Shown here in pieces: positions 24,029 to 37,700 of a DNA stretch of 64,000 bases. This DNA comes from Penicillus capitatus. Taxonomy: Eukaryota; Plantae; Chlorophyta. The stretch is from contig OZ287700.1 in assembly GCA_965649825.1 (NCBI GenBank), positions 62,001-126,000 on the forward strand, given 5' to 3'. The notes under the pieces are model-generated. The model was not told the DNA's origin, did no database searches, and saw only the letters and a list, made by a program, of their open reading frames with translations. The number at the start of each line of letters is the position of its first letter. Within the stretch, counting starts at the first letter, position 1. Position numbers and translations under genes: made by a program.

Positions 24029-25067
24029 ATGAAGCGTTTTCAGCGCGACTGTGGCGTCACCAATCCGATTGGTACTGTTTACGCCTCCGTTCCTTACTCG
24101 GACAATCGCTTCAAAAAGATATGCCGCGTCGGCGAAGGTTATGGTGGACGTGTCGTTAAGAGCGTCGACAAACAGAGCGGAGATTTGGTCGCTTTGAAGA
24201 TCATCGACTTGAAACAGGCAAACTATGCTAGAGCTGTCGCCGAGGTGCGCAACCACAGCAAACTGCATCACCACAATGTCATCAAGCTCAGACAAGTCTA
24301 TTTAAGAAGCGAGCGTTTTGTTTACCTCGTCCTTGATTATGCTGACCTGGGAGACCTGCAACAATTTCTACTCGAAAAAAGAAGTGGAATCTTGCCGGAG
24401 AATATGGCAAAGTACATATTTCGTCAGATTGTGGAAGGGGTGCAATACATCCACAGTCAAGGAATCGTTTCGAGGGATATCAAACTGGCGAACGTCCTTG
24501 TCCTATCCAACAACAACAGTGTCGAACAGCTGCCGACGATTAAGTTGTGCGACTTCGGATTCAGTCATGACTGCAACGAATCGAAAACAAAGTAATCCAA
24601 TACGCTATGGAAACATCGAAGAGGCCATCTGAGCGCTCACTTGTACTTTATTTAGATCCTGTGTGGGCACGCCGGAGTATGTGCCTCCAGAGATTATCGA
24701 TGCAGATGACGTGAACCCATACGATGGATTCAAGGTGGATTCCTGGTCGTGTGCCGTGGTTCTCTTCAATCTAGTTACTGGTCATCAACCGTTCTCTGGG
24801 ATCAAAATCGGTGGTAAATATGACAAAATGACAGCGGACACCTTCTTGCACAAAATTCTGGCTGTTGATTACTCCTTCCCTCCCGATGTTTCTTTGTCCG
24901 AAGATTGCATCAGTTTAATTAAGGGATGCCTCGTGAAAGATCCCGAAAAGCGTATGAGTATCGCAGATATTCTCAAGCATCCTTGGCTGCACCAGTCTCG
25001 GGGGGCAAGCTTGCAGGATCCATTGGTGGTGGAAGATCGTATTATGGCAAGCTGCTATGAAACGTAA
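24029..25067 (+). CDS. Ser/Thr protein kinase (CAMK/SnRK2-like), one intron
   Basis: GEGYGG, VALK, RDIKLAN, KLCDFGFS, GTPEYVPPE, DSWSCAV and DPEKRMSIADILKHPW. Confidence 0.92.
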
Positions 25068-26950
25068 GGTTGCTGTGATCACCATAGCTCTTCACCCACC
25101 ACCACCACTACTCATCTTGCGTTCTATTACGCATAACTGTAAAATAATCTTTGGACACATTTTGATCTTTGTCCGGAAAGTCGCGTGGTAGACCAGTTAT
25201 CGGGGAATTAGGGTATACGGGGTTCTCTTCGATTTTCACGTCGAATGAACAAAATATCACACTGGGTTTATCTCTCTCCTCTATGACTTCAAATATTCAA
25301 AGATTATACGGGATTGGTAGGCAATCTTGTGATTCGCACTTGAAGGATCTATCGTTTACCGTTTAGTTTCAAAACAACAACATCACAAGACGAAAGGAAA
25401 AGAAAACAACAAGACATCATGCCTTGTGTTTATGTGATCTGCTTGGTCGTTATTAGATTGTTTACCTTGGGGTCAATCTTCACATGGCGGCAGTCGTTCT
25501 TTGATCTTTCCGGTGATGTTAAAGAATTACTTCTCTGACCACCCGTGTCTACCACTTTTCGTGCCTCTATCGAAAGTGACACACCTAGCTGGTGACCTGC
25601 CAAAATGAAAAGGACTTTTACCGTTTCGCTTTCTTATTCTAACGTCTGCCGTACAAACTCAAAATCGCTGTGTTGTCATGAGCAGCTAGCTCTCAAGCAT
25701 CAACTGAGTCTCTTTCAGCTTACTTAGAGATTGCAGTGTGAAACACATGCATTGCTATCGAACCGAACAGCCTGTCGATAATAACCGTCGGCAACCGTTT
25801 GAACGTCCGGGATGTTGTCGCCATATGATGCACATGCAAACATCATGCAGCATTCATTTCAAATCGACCGATGGACTGGGAACGATGGATCTTGAATCTG
25901 TAATGCATCATTCACTTTCTTGACCTTTGAATCTGTGGCATCCCACCCACCGTTACTCTCTCATGATCGCTCTACTAGTGTGGACGTTGCCCGATCGACT
26001 TTGGAGATCAACAAATTTAAATACTTTCCAATCTGCCACTAACGGGATAAGGGAATCGATTGTGGGGGCCCTAGCATTCACGTTTTGAGGTTGTGGTTGT
26101 CGTTGTTGTCACATTGTCTTCGTTACCTTCGTTGTCGTCGTTGTCCTCACCATTGTTGTTGTCGTTGTTGTTGTTAATAGAACAGATCAGATGTCTCAAA
26201 ACTCATGTTTTTATTCTCCTAGATTGTTACAGTCACGGGTCTGGTGTGTGATGTGATGATCTCTGGAACGCGTGTGACAGTCAGTCATTCGATTGTACGA
26301 TCGAAACTGTGGTCTTAGGTGACAACAAGAGTGCTTGCTCATTGAGATGCGTTCAAACTCAGTCCAATGTCAATGGCGAGAGCAGTGTTGAGAAGGTTTT
26401 TTGTGATGACCGAAGATCTCCCGGGGCTGTTCTCTCGCGCCTGTGTCTTTGATGATAGGGATGGCGCAGTGTTCAGTCGTAAGGATTCATGTTTCTTAAA
26501 GAGACTTCTTCTTGTGTTTGCTGAGACACAATGACTCTGTTATGTCAAGAAAGAAATTTTACGCGCAAAACCCATTGCCCTATTCATAACAAACTCGCGA
26601 ACAACATTGAATGCACATACGCTTCTTCAGTCAGTCAGTCAGTCGCATTGACAGATTCATTCAGATGGCGTATTCCTTCTAACGCATGTAGAGCCAGGCA
26701 ACGTCTATTAAGGGTTTTGCAAACAAGCAAGCAAACAAACAAACTAGAGGCACAGTGAGTGTCCTTCACAGAGGGAGTCGATCCTCAGAAGACGGGGCAG
26801 ACAATGAATGCAACAATACCCATACACAGATGTCAACTGGGATCTTCCTTTATAGATGATATCGCACCACGACCAGCCTTTGACAGAACAGTTGATTTTG
26901 GCACTTGGATCACGGCAGTCTAGCCACAATGAGAAGTCTCTGGAACAGAT

Positions 26951-29900
26951 TTAGGACGTTTTGACTCCGGCTGGACAGGTGAAGGAAGAATCAAGGTTTT
27001 TGTCATAGCAAACGGTGTCACTGATCTTCAAACTCGATCGTCGTGCATCGGCTTCCGGCAATACGAATGGACCAATGACTCCAAAGACGGCAGCAGGATC
27101 GTCTGGGTTCACCACCTGGTTGAAGCCTCCGAGGTAGAGCTCGTTGGCCACGACCGAGATGTATGCCGCATCGCCCACATTGGGATACCAGACAGTACTC
27201 GTCAATGCAGCCCGGTTAGGACCGGTCATGATCCGCGTCTTCTCTCTCTTCTCCGTTGGATCGACGACCCAAAGGGCATTGTTCATATGTCCACAATCCA
27301 TCGGACTGGTGTCCAATCTGCAAGAGTCCTCGGCAATGATGATCTGACGATGGCCTGGAATGCTGGTAATGTCTTTAGGATTTGCCATTTGCTCAATGTC
27401 GCAGTTGTTGTCGCCAACGGTTCCCTGATCATCCGAACCGCAAAAGTACTGTTTAAACTCAGCTGTGTCATAATCTTCTGTCACTCGCATCTGATAGATA
27501 CAGCCGCAAGGAGACAATGCCACCTTGATGCTGTTTGTGCTGCCTTCAACGTCATCCTGAAGCATGATCTTATCTCTGGCCGTCACTCTGTTGATGGTCA
27601 CAAACAACTAGAAGACACAGAGCAAACATGAGTGATCCACGCTGCCTGAAGAATGCAGGGATTCTTACGGCTGATGTTGTCGGGTCGAACACGAGACCTT
27701 TAACGTTGGCCAATTCAATAGATGCTTTTCTCAGTGCTGCATACCGCCTTGTCTCAAAGAAAGCAGCATACGTTTCCATATCTTTCTTAACGTCGAGACA
27801 CTCGACTCTGGATTTCACGTTAATGGTCTGTAGGCGACAGGATTTGGTTCCGGGAATGGAATCGAAGATATCTGCGAATTTGATCGAGTCAGACATCTTG
27901 ATCAACTCATCGTTTGAGGCTGAGCCTAGACGAATCCATTTGATATCGAAGGATTGCAACGTTCCACGTTTCGGCTGGAATTGGGCGGCGTACAGCGTTC
28001 CAGCAGACAGGTCGTTCTTCTTGAAGGCGATAAACTTGAAAAGACCACCTCCCACTTGTCGACCTTCTGTCCAGTCCGTCATGTAAACCGTCTTGCCATC
28101 GGGCATAATCTGCATGTCTCCGTGAGAGAAGCGACCCAATGTCATGTACTTTGTCGGACTCGTGCAACCATTCTTGCTGACTTTCACTTCATAGACATAT
28201 CCATACTTGTACGGATTGAAGATCCTTCCAAGTTTGTCGAATTTATTCTTGAAATCGTCAAAGTACGTTCCGAAATAACGGACGAACTGGATACTCTTGG
28301 TAAAGGAGTCCTCCGCACGCGATTTGAAACATCCGGAGAATCCCGTAAGGCATGGATATCCCAAGAAGTCCATGGCATCTGGCTCAAATGCCTCTCCTGC
28401 AATGTGTGTATTCCACGGAGACACCAATCCGCTTCCAGAGACCCCCCACAGACCGCCATGTTCCTTCCAGTCGACGTAGTCCACACTCGCAACTTCCAAT
28501 TCTGGTGCCTCTCCTTTCTTTTTGGATCGTTCATAACTGAAAACGTAGCTGACAGCTGGAATGGAGTTGGTAGAGACCACTGAGAAGATGGTACCACACA
28601 TGTCAATGAGCGAAGAGAATCCGAAGCTGTGATGCGTTTCTTCGACATCGACCACTTTTGGATCACCTGGACCTTCCTCGTAAGAGCTCACAGGTTTGAA
28701 ATTCTCGTCAACCACGACGCCGATCTTCACTTCTCCCTTTTTGTTTCCTGCCTGTTTGTAAGCGACTCCGGAACGAATCAATTCTGTAAAGCCGGGGATC
28801 TCCTCAGCAACTCCCGTTGTCACCACTCTGAAAACTTGTGGAATTCCTTTTGGACCAACAGCGTAAGGCACTCCCACAGAACTGAAGGTCAATTTTTCAC
28901 CAGCTGTCAAATCAAAGGATCCCAGATACGAAAGCCAACCCTTTTGATCGTAAGGATGGGCAATGGTGACGCCGATATAGTTGTTTCCACCAACCACATC
29001 CTGGAACCAGCTGATCGATGACAAACCTCCTTGCAGTGGAGCTGTCAGGATTCGAGAATAATAGCCTGTGGCTGGATCATATGCCCACAAGACATTGTTC
29101 TCGTGATTTTCGCTGTCCTCTCCAATCAACAGATTCTCAAAGTTGTTAGCAAATGTCAATGATCGAGCATTGGCAACGCTTTCAGTGCTACACTTGTTGT
29201 TGGCATCTACAACAAGACACGCAACGGTTAGCTGTTATGTACTGAAATCAAAAAGATTTGTTTACCGTCTGGGGTGCTCGTTGTGCCACACATGATGGCT
29301 GTCATCGATGTCGCATCGCCTGTGTCTTCTTCGGTATCGATTTCAAAGACGCAGCCGCATGGATTTCCTTCGACGATTGCTTTGTCCTTTCCGGATCCGA
29401 CAGACAGGACGCCCGCTTCGATGCTCTTCGCCGCGATGTAGACTTTGTTAGAGTTCAAACGTGTGGCAATTTCAGAGAATTGGAAGACTCCAATGGTGGC
29501 TCCCTTGATCAGTGCCAGACGAGCTGGCTCGAAAATCGCAGCCAATGTCTCATCTTTCACTTTCAAGCACTCAATGTACTCTACGACAAGGAGGTTGCGC
29601 ACAGCCGTCGTGTTAAACCCGATGCTCACCGGTGAACTCGACGAATTCCTTGCCGGTGCCACAGCCGCTGCCTCTCGGCTCATCGTAATCAAAAATGTCA
29701 TCGAAACTGAGGGGAGCAACTTCAGGATTGCCAGATACTTCGTTCTCGACTGCGCTGACATCCGTTTCTGCAAGTTCAACCCACTCGATATCGAAAACAT
29801 CACCCACATTGATCGCCGAGATGCGTTTCTTGGCTCTGAAGAGAGCGGCGTACAGGACACCAGAAGTGAACGAACCGTCGCCGGAGTCCTCGAATTTGAA

Positions 29901-31015
29901 CAGACCTCCGGTTCCACCGGACAGGTACATGGTGACGCCATTTTGCATGACGGCCACTCCCTGAGCGCCGATTCTGCCAACGGCATAGAGCTTGTCGACC
30001 TCATCAACAACACGGTCATCATCGAGAGCTTTCAAACTGACCGTATAAGGAAACCCGTAACGGTAAACTCTGCAGACAGGCACGAACACAACCGAATCAC
30101 AAAATGATCACACTTTAAGAGTGAGCGCACTTGAATCCAGGGATGCCCTTTTGTGGTGAGGAATTGAGTCTGCCGTCCTTTTTCAGTTCCTCTGGCGTTC
30201 TTACGAAATATCTCATGAAATCCAGAATATCAAAATACATATCCTCATCGAAATTAGACAGACATTCAAACTCCTTTGGATCCGACAAGCATTTCACGGA
30301 AGAAAAAATGCGACCTGAATGGACATCACGACAGATGGTGTGACAAGACTGATGCAACGGATGGCAATGACATCTCACCGTCCGGTGGGAGGCCTTCTGT
30401 TCCAATCATGATACTGTCGGGTGTCAATGATGATGCCCTTGGCTTCCAGAGTCCTCCAAATTTACCAAAGTTCACAGGAATGGTCAAACGCGACGCAAGG
30501 TCCGTGTCGTTCTCGAGACGCACACGGACTCGGTATAGGACTCCCGGATTCGGCTCCTCGAACGTGTACATCATAAACCAGCGGTCCGAATTCGTTTCCT
30601 GAAGCAGAATGCCGCCACTCGGGTTGTGCGAAATTTCCACCTAGACGCGAGAAGCTAACCGACGACGCATCGCTGGGAGGAAACTCACAGCGCGGCGTCG
30701 CTTCTCCACACGATCTTTCAGCGAATCCCTGTCGTAGCGCGTCACGTTTGAGCTCTGAATGTTGAGCACTTCGCCCATGAGTGTGCATCCTGGTAAGATG
30801 CAGTTGTGGTCTTCCGTGGTTCTTCCAATACGACTCCATGTGTTCCTGGTCGGTCGACCGTAAGTCGCTTTTCTCGTTGCGCGAATGCCCGCTTTGAGTT
30901 CGAATCCGTCTTTGAGCGCCAGGAGCTGCTCAAACTGTATATATCCCTCAGCAAGGTTCGCGCATATTAGAAACAAAACCGCCAACAAGGGCGGCAGCAG
31001 TGTATGGCTTCTCAT
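26951..31015 (-). CDS. Secreted PhoX-family (DUF839) alkaline-phosphatase-like protein with two tandem PhoX domains
   Basis: Signal peptide MRSHTLLPPLLAVLFLICANLAEG. Algal PhoX motifs occur twice: GGLW, PY(R/K)YG, GGLFKF, G(V/T)LYAA, AA(I/F)FE, I(G/A)ED...H(E/M)NN(V/A)LW, RI(L/M)T.P. Confidence 0.82.
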
Positions 31016-31385
31016 GGACAGCAAATCAACAAGTATTCAAGACACCTGAAACAATACGAGGCAAACGAGGTTGTTTGTTGTAGCACTTTTAAATACACGT
31101 GTAGCGGTTACCGCGGGTAGTGATATAGACAGCGGCAGCGGCAGCAGAGAAGCAATCACGAAGACAGATGCACACCTTTCTGTGCTAAAACTCTCTCCAG
31201 CACAAAGCGAAGCTTCAAAGGTGTTCTCTAAGTTAAGGCTAGGTTCGGAATGGAATTTCGCGAGGAGCGGACGAATTTCAATGTGAATTAACCGGTCGAC
31301 GTGTCACAAATCGCTGCACGCCGTTTGTTTGTAATGCTTTACATGATGCGCGGCATTCGTTGCGAATAAACCAATCACAGTAACC

Positions 31386-31748
31386 GTCCAAGAACCGACC
31401 GCCTCTTAACATTCAAGACAAAAAACCGTCAAACATGGAACAGTAGTTATAGCATGTTGGCAGAAAATATAGACACATGACAGACATTCTCTGATACTTC
31501 AAGCAAATGGCGTCCAAGAACCGACCGCCTCTTAACATTCAAGACAAAAAACCGTCAAACATGGAGCAGTAGTTATAGTATGTTGGCTGAAAATATAGAC
31601 ACATGACAGACATTCTCTGATACTTCAAGCAAATGGCGTCCAAGAACCGACCGCCTCTTAACATTCAAGGCAAAAAACCGTCAAACATGGAGCAAGCAGT
31701 AGTTATAGTATGTTGGCTGAAAATATAGATACATGACAGACATTCTCT
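31386..31748. repeat. Non-coding tandem repeat, 126-bp unit x about 3
   Basis: GTCCAAGAACCGACCGCCTCTTAACATTCAAG starts at 31386, 31512 and 31638. The third copy has a 4-nt insertion and abuts the APC1 stop codon. Confidence 0.95.
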
Positions 31749-34700
31749 AATAGTTCAACAAAAAGGCGTCCCGAATGTTATGATTTTTGTCTGGCTTCCC
31801 ATCGTGACTTGAGAGATCGGCCTCGATGAAGGAGAGGAAACAGTTGAAGAGAAGTTGGATGTGACGCGATTCTGCGGGCCATGACTCACATGCCTTGTCA
31901 TAGTAGTACATAAGGGCCGTTGGTTCGTCGGTTGTCATCTCCTCCGACACAAAACGCATCGACAGAAAGATTTCCCACAACTGATTCCGTATTTCCGTCA
32001 GATGCAGATACTGAATAAGTGGCGGCGGCAATCTGTGACACAGAATCATTTGGTGCATCGAGGAGATGTGGAGGCAGTGAATGGCACGAACTTCTCATCG
32101 TTGACAATTCGCTTCTCATCAGCATCAAAAAAGGAATGGAACAGATCACAATTGTAATACTCTTCAGCAGCATGGAAGTTCGACATCCATAGTACCATCT
32201 CTGAGATGATGTCACTCTATCATTCAGAACTCACTGCATTGAGGGGCCACTTACCGATTTCGGATCGAGTCCTGCGCGGCTGACCAGCAGAAACACTTCT
32301 AATGGGTTCTGCTTCAGACGCCAACTGCTTGCATTTATCATAGAGTCTGTGCACATCCATGTAGGTGTTCAGCATGTCAGGCTTATCTTGCTCGACGCAT
32401 TCTGACAAAATTCCACGGCAGAAGAGCACAAAGTCTCTCATTCTTGGATCTTGCATCCGTGCTACAACACACCATGCATTGGTCAGTTGGCCAGGTCTTG
32501 GAGCAGCAAGGGAATGACCTTCGGAACAGTAAGTCTTGGCAAAGCCAGTGAACACTGGATCGATGTCGTGTTCTTTGAAGAGCTCCATCAGTTCTGAGTA
32601 ATGCTCCGGTCCATCATCTCTGCACACAGCACACATGCTCACACAGTTATGACAGTCTTCATGAGTGACCGACAGTTGAAGAAAGGCTCGAGTGCCAAGG
32701 GCCATTCCGCACGGGTCACGCTCGTAGGGCAACATCCATTTCTTTCGCTTCACATAGATCTTGCGTTCCTGATAGATTCTATCCAAACCATATCCACTGA
32801 TCTTGCACGGATGATATCTGCTGCCAATAACACTCAGCGACGACACCTTGAGAGGAGATGCCGTTGTTACGCTAAGAGTGAGAAATGTGTGAGATGGCGC
32901 ATACCAGATGTCGTTCGGGAAGTAGACAGGGAGTGCCGAGCTCGTGCTTTAATGTCACATAATCTGTCTCGGAGTACTCCGACGTTTCTGCCATTAAATG
33001 ATCGCCGTCACGATCCGTCGTTGCCGGTTGGGATGCTAATGGGTATGGCTTGGTCTTCGAAATTCTCTGTTCGACTATGATGGGAGCAAAGACCGCTTCA
33101 CCTGAATCGACATCAATGGCTGACAATCCACGGTCTTCGGCAGCCAGTACATAAAGATGACGAAACGCCTAGGCAACAGGACAATGTATGAGCAGCTCTA
33201 CCACCAAGCACGAAACGGCAGCAGTCCGAGTCTCACCTGTAAATGAACTTGGTTATCGGAGATGAGAATTGGAAATTGAGGGAAAACAGCCATTAGCAAA
33301 CAGGCAATGGAGAGATTGTCCGTCTTAAAACCTACACGTGAACAGACGTTGCAATGCAGTCGTCGTCTGAGACCAGTCCATCATGGGGGTACCTTGCCGC
33401 CCACCTCCCAGAAAAACGAACCCTGTGGCCATGGTTATTGCCATGTAGTCGCCATATACAATATCTGATACCACTTCCTTCAACGAGGAGGATTTGACGA
33501 TTCTCTTTCGTAGACATTCCAGCAGTAGGAATGTTTGGTTGTGTCCAGATCCAGCCATGACAATACCAAGAGCCAGAGCAGTGATGCACAAGACCGACTC
33601 CATCACCCGCTTGTCTATTCGGTTGAAGCTCTCCACGGGATGGGCAATTCCATCTATGGCCTTGTACTTGAACTCCATGAACTGCACGAGATAATTGCTG
33701 AGCATAGATCTGGCTGCCTCATTGTTGGTACTGGCAAATCGCAAGCCAATTGCCAAACATGCACCAGCAACGGCATACAGATGTGCCTTGCCAATGTCAT
33801 GCAGAGTCTGAGATGCTGTAGGTTCAAAATAGTCTGTCAATGCGTGGTCTGTCATAAGTGTTGGAAGCATAGACTCTATCCACTTCTCTGACGGCAGGAT
33901 GTCATACCACAAAACAAGTGCTTTCGCCACGACACGATGCAGCACAAAATCGTGACGAATGTGATCGAGTTCATATGTTGTGCTTGGAAGAGTAAAGAGC
34001 TTCGCGATGTTCCTGTTGTGCGTTTTTAGGTACATCAAGGACAATGCGAACGTCGCAGCAGGGCCAGTCACATCTGTGTCCAGATACTCACTTTCCAGTA
34101 CAACCTAAGAGGCACAGGTCCGTCAGCAACGTAGAGGATTCAGGGGTGTTTGCGTTCGGACATTGGATTGGCTGATAATGACATTGGCTTGCTCTCCTTC
34201 GAGACCATGTTGCGTTTGATCTCGACTCAAACTGTCGCAGAGAATTGGAATGTCTGCCACAGTTTCGGCATCATCCAGACCGTCATTCCACGGAACACCC
34301 CCTGGTCCAAGCAGAGTGGTAGGCGGAGCTGACTGATTGGCGATGTCCGTTGGCTCGACGAGCGGATCGCGGCCGCCAATCATGTATTGCCACAGCATTT
34401 CGGTGATTTTGTCGTAGTAGTATCCTCGCAGTCGATCGCCAGCTCCGAGGTTGATCAGTCCAATTGCAAATCCAGCAGCCAGTGCATATCCTTCTCTGTC
34501 CAAAGTGACACCTCCATAAGGAACACTACGCCAGAAACGCTCCGAGGGTGCTGCTCCGGGAAAGAGAGGGTGGCGGCTTACTTTGATCGAATGTTGGGTG
34601 GTCTTACCCCTGGATGTCGTCCGAGTTCGTCCAACATGCGTTTTGTGGTCGTGTGATTGCCGCTGTTTGCTTTTAGGAATCCAATTGAGAGCAACATGGC

Positions 34701-37700
34701 GGTTTGCACCGATGCAGGACACCAGTCTGCCTCAGGAAAGGATCTGGGATGGTAATGTGGCAAATGCAGAAATGCCATGCGTTCAGCCTCCGAATCTTGA
34801 CTTCCTCTCAGAGAAATGCTCAGTCCGAGCACAACACTGATCTGCGTTAATGGATGTTGCATGCCCAGCAGGGCAGTGATCTCTGGAATGTGGCTCTCTG
34901 TGAGCTGACTTTGCAAACCAGCAGCAAACCAATACCCTGCCTGCGTGTGGCTCGGTGCAGGCAGATACTCTGAGCAGTCTGCAAAACGTTGAGTGAAGGT
35001 TGCATCTAGACAACAGAGGCTGCAAAAGAGTATTCGATTTTGGCCAGGTGCCTTGCCTGGCTTGACTTTGAGCGCCGAGGCGACCGCTTGATGGAACTCT
35101 GCCCAGTCGATCAGTTTCTTGATCTCCTCACTCTCTGAACGCACACCATCCACAAGTCACACAGGACGTGTTAGACATAAGCAGGCAGGCAGACCTTCGG
35201 GAGTGCTGCCGATCTTTACAGGCTGATCTTTGCCCTTGACACGACCAGTGATGCAGATCTGTGGTGCCACATCTATCTCGTCTGCAGAAGAGTAGACAGT
35301 GCTCAGCGAAAAGGCACCTCGGCCTTGCCACACACAGATGGTCAGATGTAGAAGATTGATACACAGATCATAATGAAACCTATGGGGGTGGCCAGTGTCC
35401 GCAGAGAGGTAGCAATCAGCTTCGCTTGAATCCGTTCTCTGGTCTCGTCATTGATCTCTGGGCCGACAACCATCTCCAAGTCCTGTGGCAGAGTGGTGTT
35501 CAGGGCACGACGGACCTAAGAGCATGAGTGTTCTAGTAAAAGACCACAGAGCAGCTCAGCAAGGCTGACTCCATCGATTCGATTGTCAGCGCTGAAGCGT
35601 TGTGTGCCGATGGAGTCGATGACATCATCGAGGCCATCCCCCAACTTCCGTGTCAAAGACGACGAAGTGGTTGATGTGACAGCCTTGACGGCCTCTGATG
35701 AAGAACGTGGCATCTGGCCACAGCGTGACTTGAAAGAACGGCTGCAGAGTTTCTTCTCCTTGACCACATATCGCAACACTGAGTTCTCTTCTGGACTGGT
35801 ATTCTTATCTGGCTCCGGTCCAATTGTTGCAATGATATCTTCGCGATCAATCAACATATATCCCTCTGTCGACCATCCTAAACGACAGAGATCCTTTCCG
35901 TGTACTGAATGAAGAGATGGACCTTCTGGAGGGAATTCCTTGAGTACATGAATCATTTCTTGAATTGGAATGGCAAAGCCAAAAGGCAGTGTTCGCAGCA
36001 CGGAGTGATCCCATCCCTTCTTAATAATAAAGTCGGTCACCTCCTTGGCAGCCGCGAAAAACTCCTGTCGACGCAAGTCATCCGAATCTGCAGACAGATT
36101 TGCCAACATCCAATCGAGCGTAACCAAAACGAGAAATACTGTTGAACTCTATCTCGCATAGGTGTTTCTTGATAATTGCATGCACGTCTCGAAGCACTGC
36201 ATATCTGGATTCCTCCAGGCCTACCATTGAAACGGATGTCGAGGCACCTGAGCAGACATGCCGTCCCGTGCAGAGATCCTTGTGATCTAAGATGCGCATC
36301 GTTACCTTTCTTCTGGGATTTAATCGGTCGGAGAATGTCCAGCAGTGCGAATTGCTTGTTCACAGGCTCCTGCAGAAGAAACGGTTTTGATGTCGGACTC
36401 TTATAGGCAATTTCGATAAAGTCTCTCAGAGATATTCCAAATTCCTCGGCCATCACATCTGGCGTGAAATCGCGAGCATAGTGGTCTAAATACATGATAG
36501 CGTAGAGATTCGCAGCCAGTGAACTCAGCAGCTGCCAAGATCTCCGTTTAGCCACTGAAAACCGTAAGAGTGTGCATACATGTGCCAGTTTCTTGATCTG
36601 AATCCATTTGCTCGTGTCGAACTTGAGGTTTTCGTAAATATCGTGCAGCCCGAAGAGTACATTGGACGCAGCATCCGTCACCCTGCGTGTTTCCCATTGC
36701 CTTGTTCCTTTCTACAGATCCAGCAACACACAGCGATCAACAAGACCGTCATCGTTGCTCATGGCTTACCACAATTGCCTTAGGTCCGCCTGGAAAGATG
36801 AACTCCGCATTCAATGCCTTGTGAAGAGCCTCGCAGAATCCGACCCAATCACTGAGACAAGAATTGTCTTCCGATACTAACACAAGACACGTTTGGCAGG
36901 ACGAGCACCGGAGAGTGCTACTCGTACAGTGATCTTTTATCCACTGCTTAACCAGTGTCTTATAGAAAGAGGGATCGATTTCCTTGATGACAAAGAAGCA
37001 TTCGATGGCAAGCTCGTCAGCAGGTCGAATGTCTATCCGATAACGACGATAGGCATTCCCGTTCCACAGAGTGACGCACGATCCAGCAGTATCCAGAACG
37101 AGATCGTGCTGAATAAACAAACGCTGTTCCGTCCCTCCCGGAGTGCCTGTTGAAGGATAGACCCTGTTAGGCAAATGCACATACATGTTGATGTCTTCGA
37201 TGCGTGCAATGCCTGTAGACAGCATCATCTTCTGAACTTTGAAGATGTAATCGTGCCTTGGTAGAGGCGAATGTTGCCGTCTACGTTCGTGGAGATGAAG
37301 TATCTTTCCTCCATTCTTTCTTTTCCCGGATGTTTCGGAAGTGGATTGATGCTGGCGATGGAGAGAATATCGACTTGGGACTTCTCGTACTTGAAATGAT
37401 GCTTTCCTTCTCTGTCACGACACAAACATCCAAAGAGTCTCTTTTCCCTTCGTCAGTTGCTTACACATCGGCCGAGCAGAAGTATGCACGTCTGGTATTG
37501 TTGCAGTGGATGGCAATCATGATGGCGCGTCCCATCTCTGTACCAGCAATGCATGCATCATCAGCAATGTCACCTGCAGGTAGACACACGCAGTCCGTCA
37601 GCCGTAAACCATAAAGCATCCAGCTTAGAGCGTGTACGTTTGTCCACGCACACAACGTCCTGCATATGGCAGAAATGAAAGAATGGGGAAGTGCATCGCT

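Noticed and set aside
26088-26176. Imperfect (GTT/GTC)n tract that reads as an Asn/Asp/Thr-rich peptide on the minus strand
   Set aside because: It is bounded by nearby stops with no start or splice support, so I treat it as low-complexity non-coding sequence.
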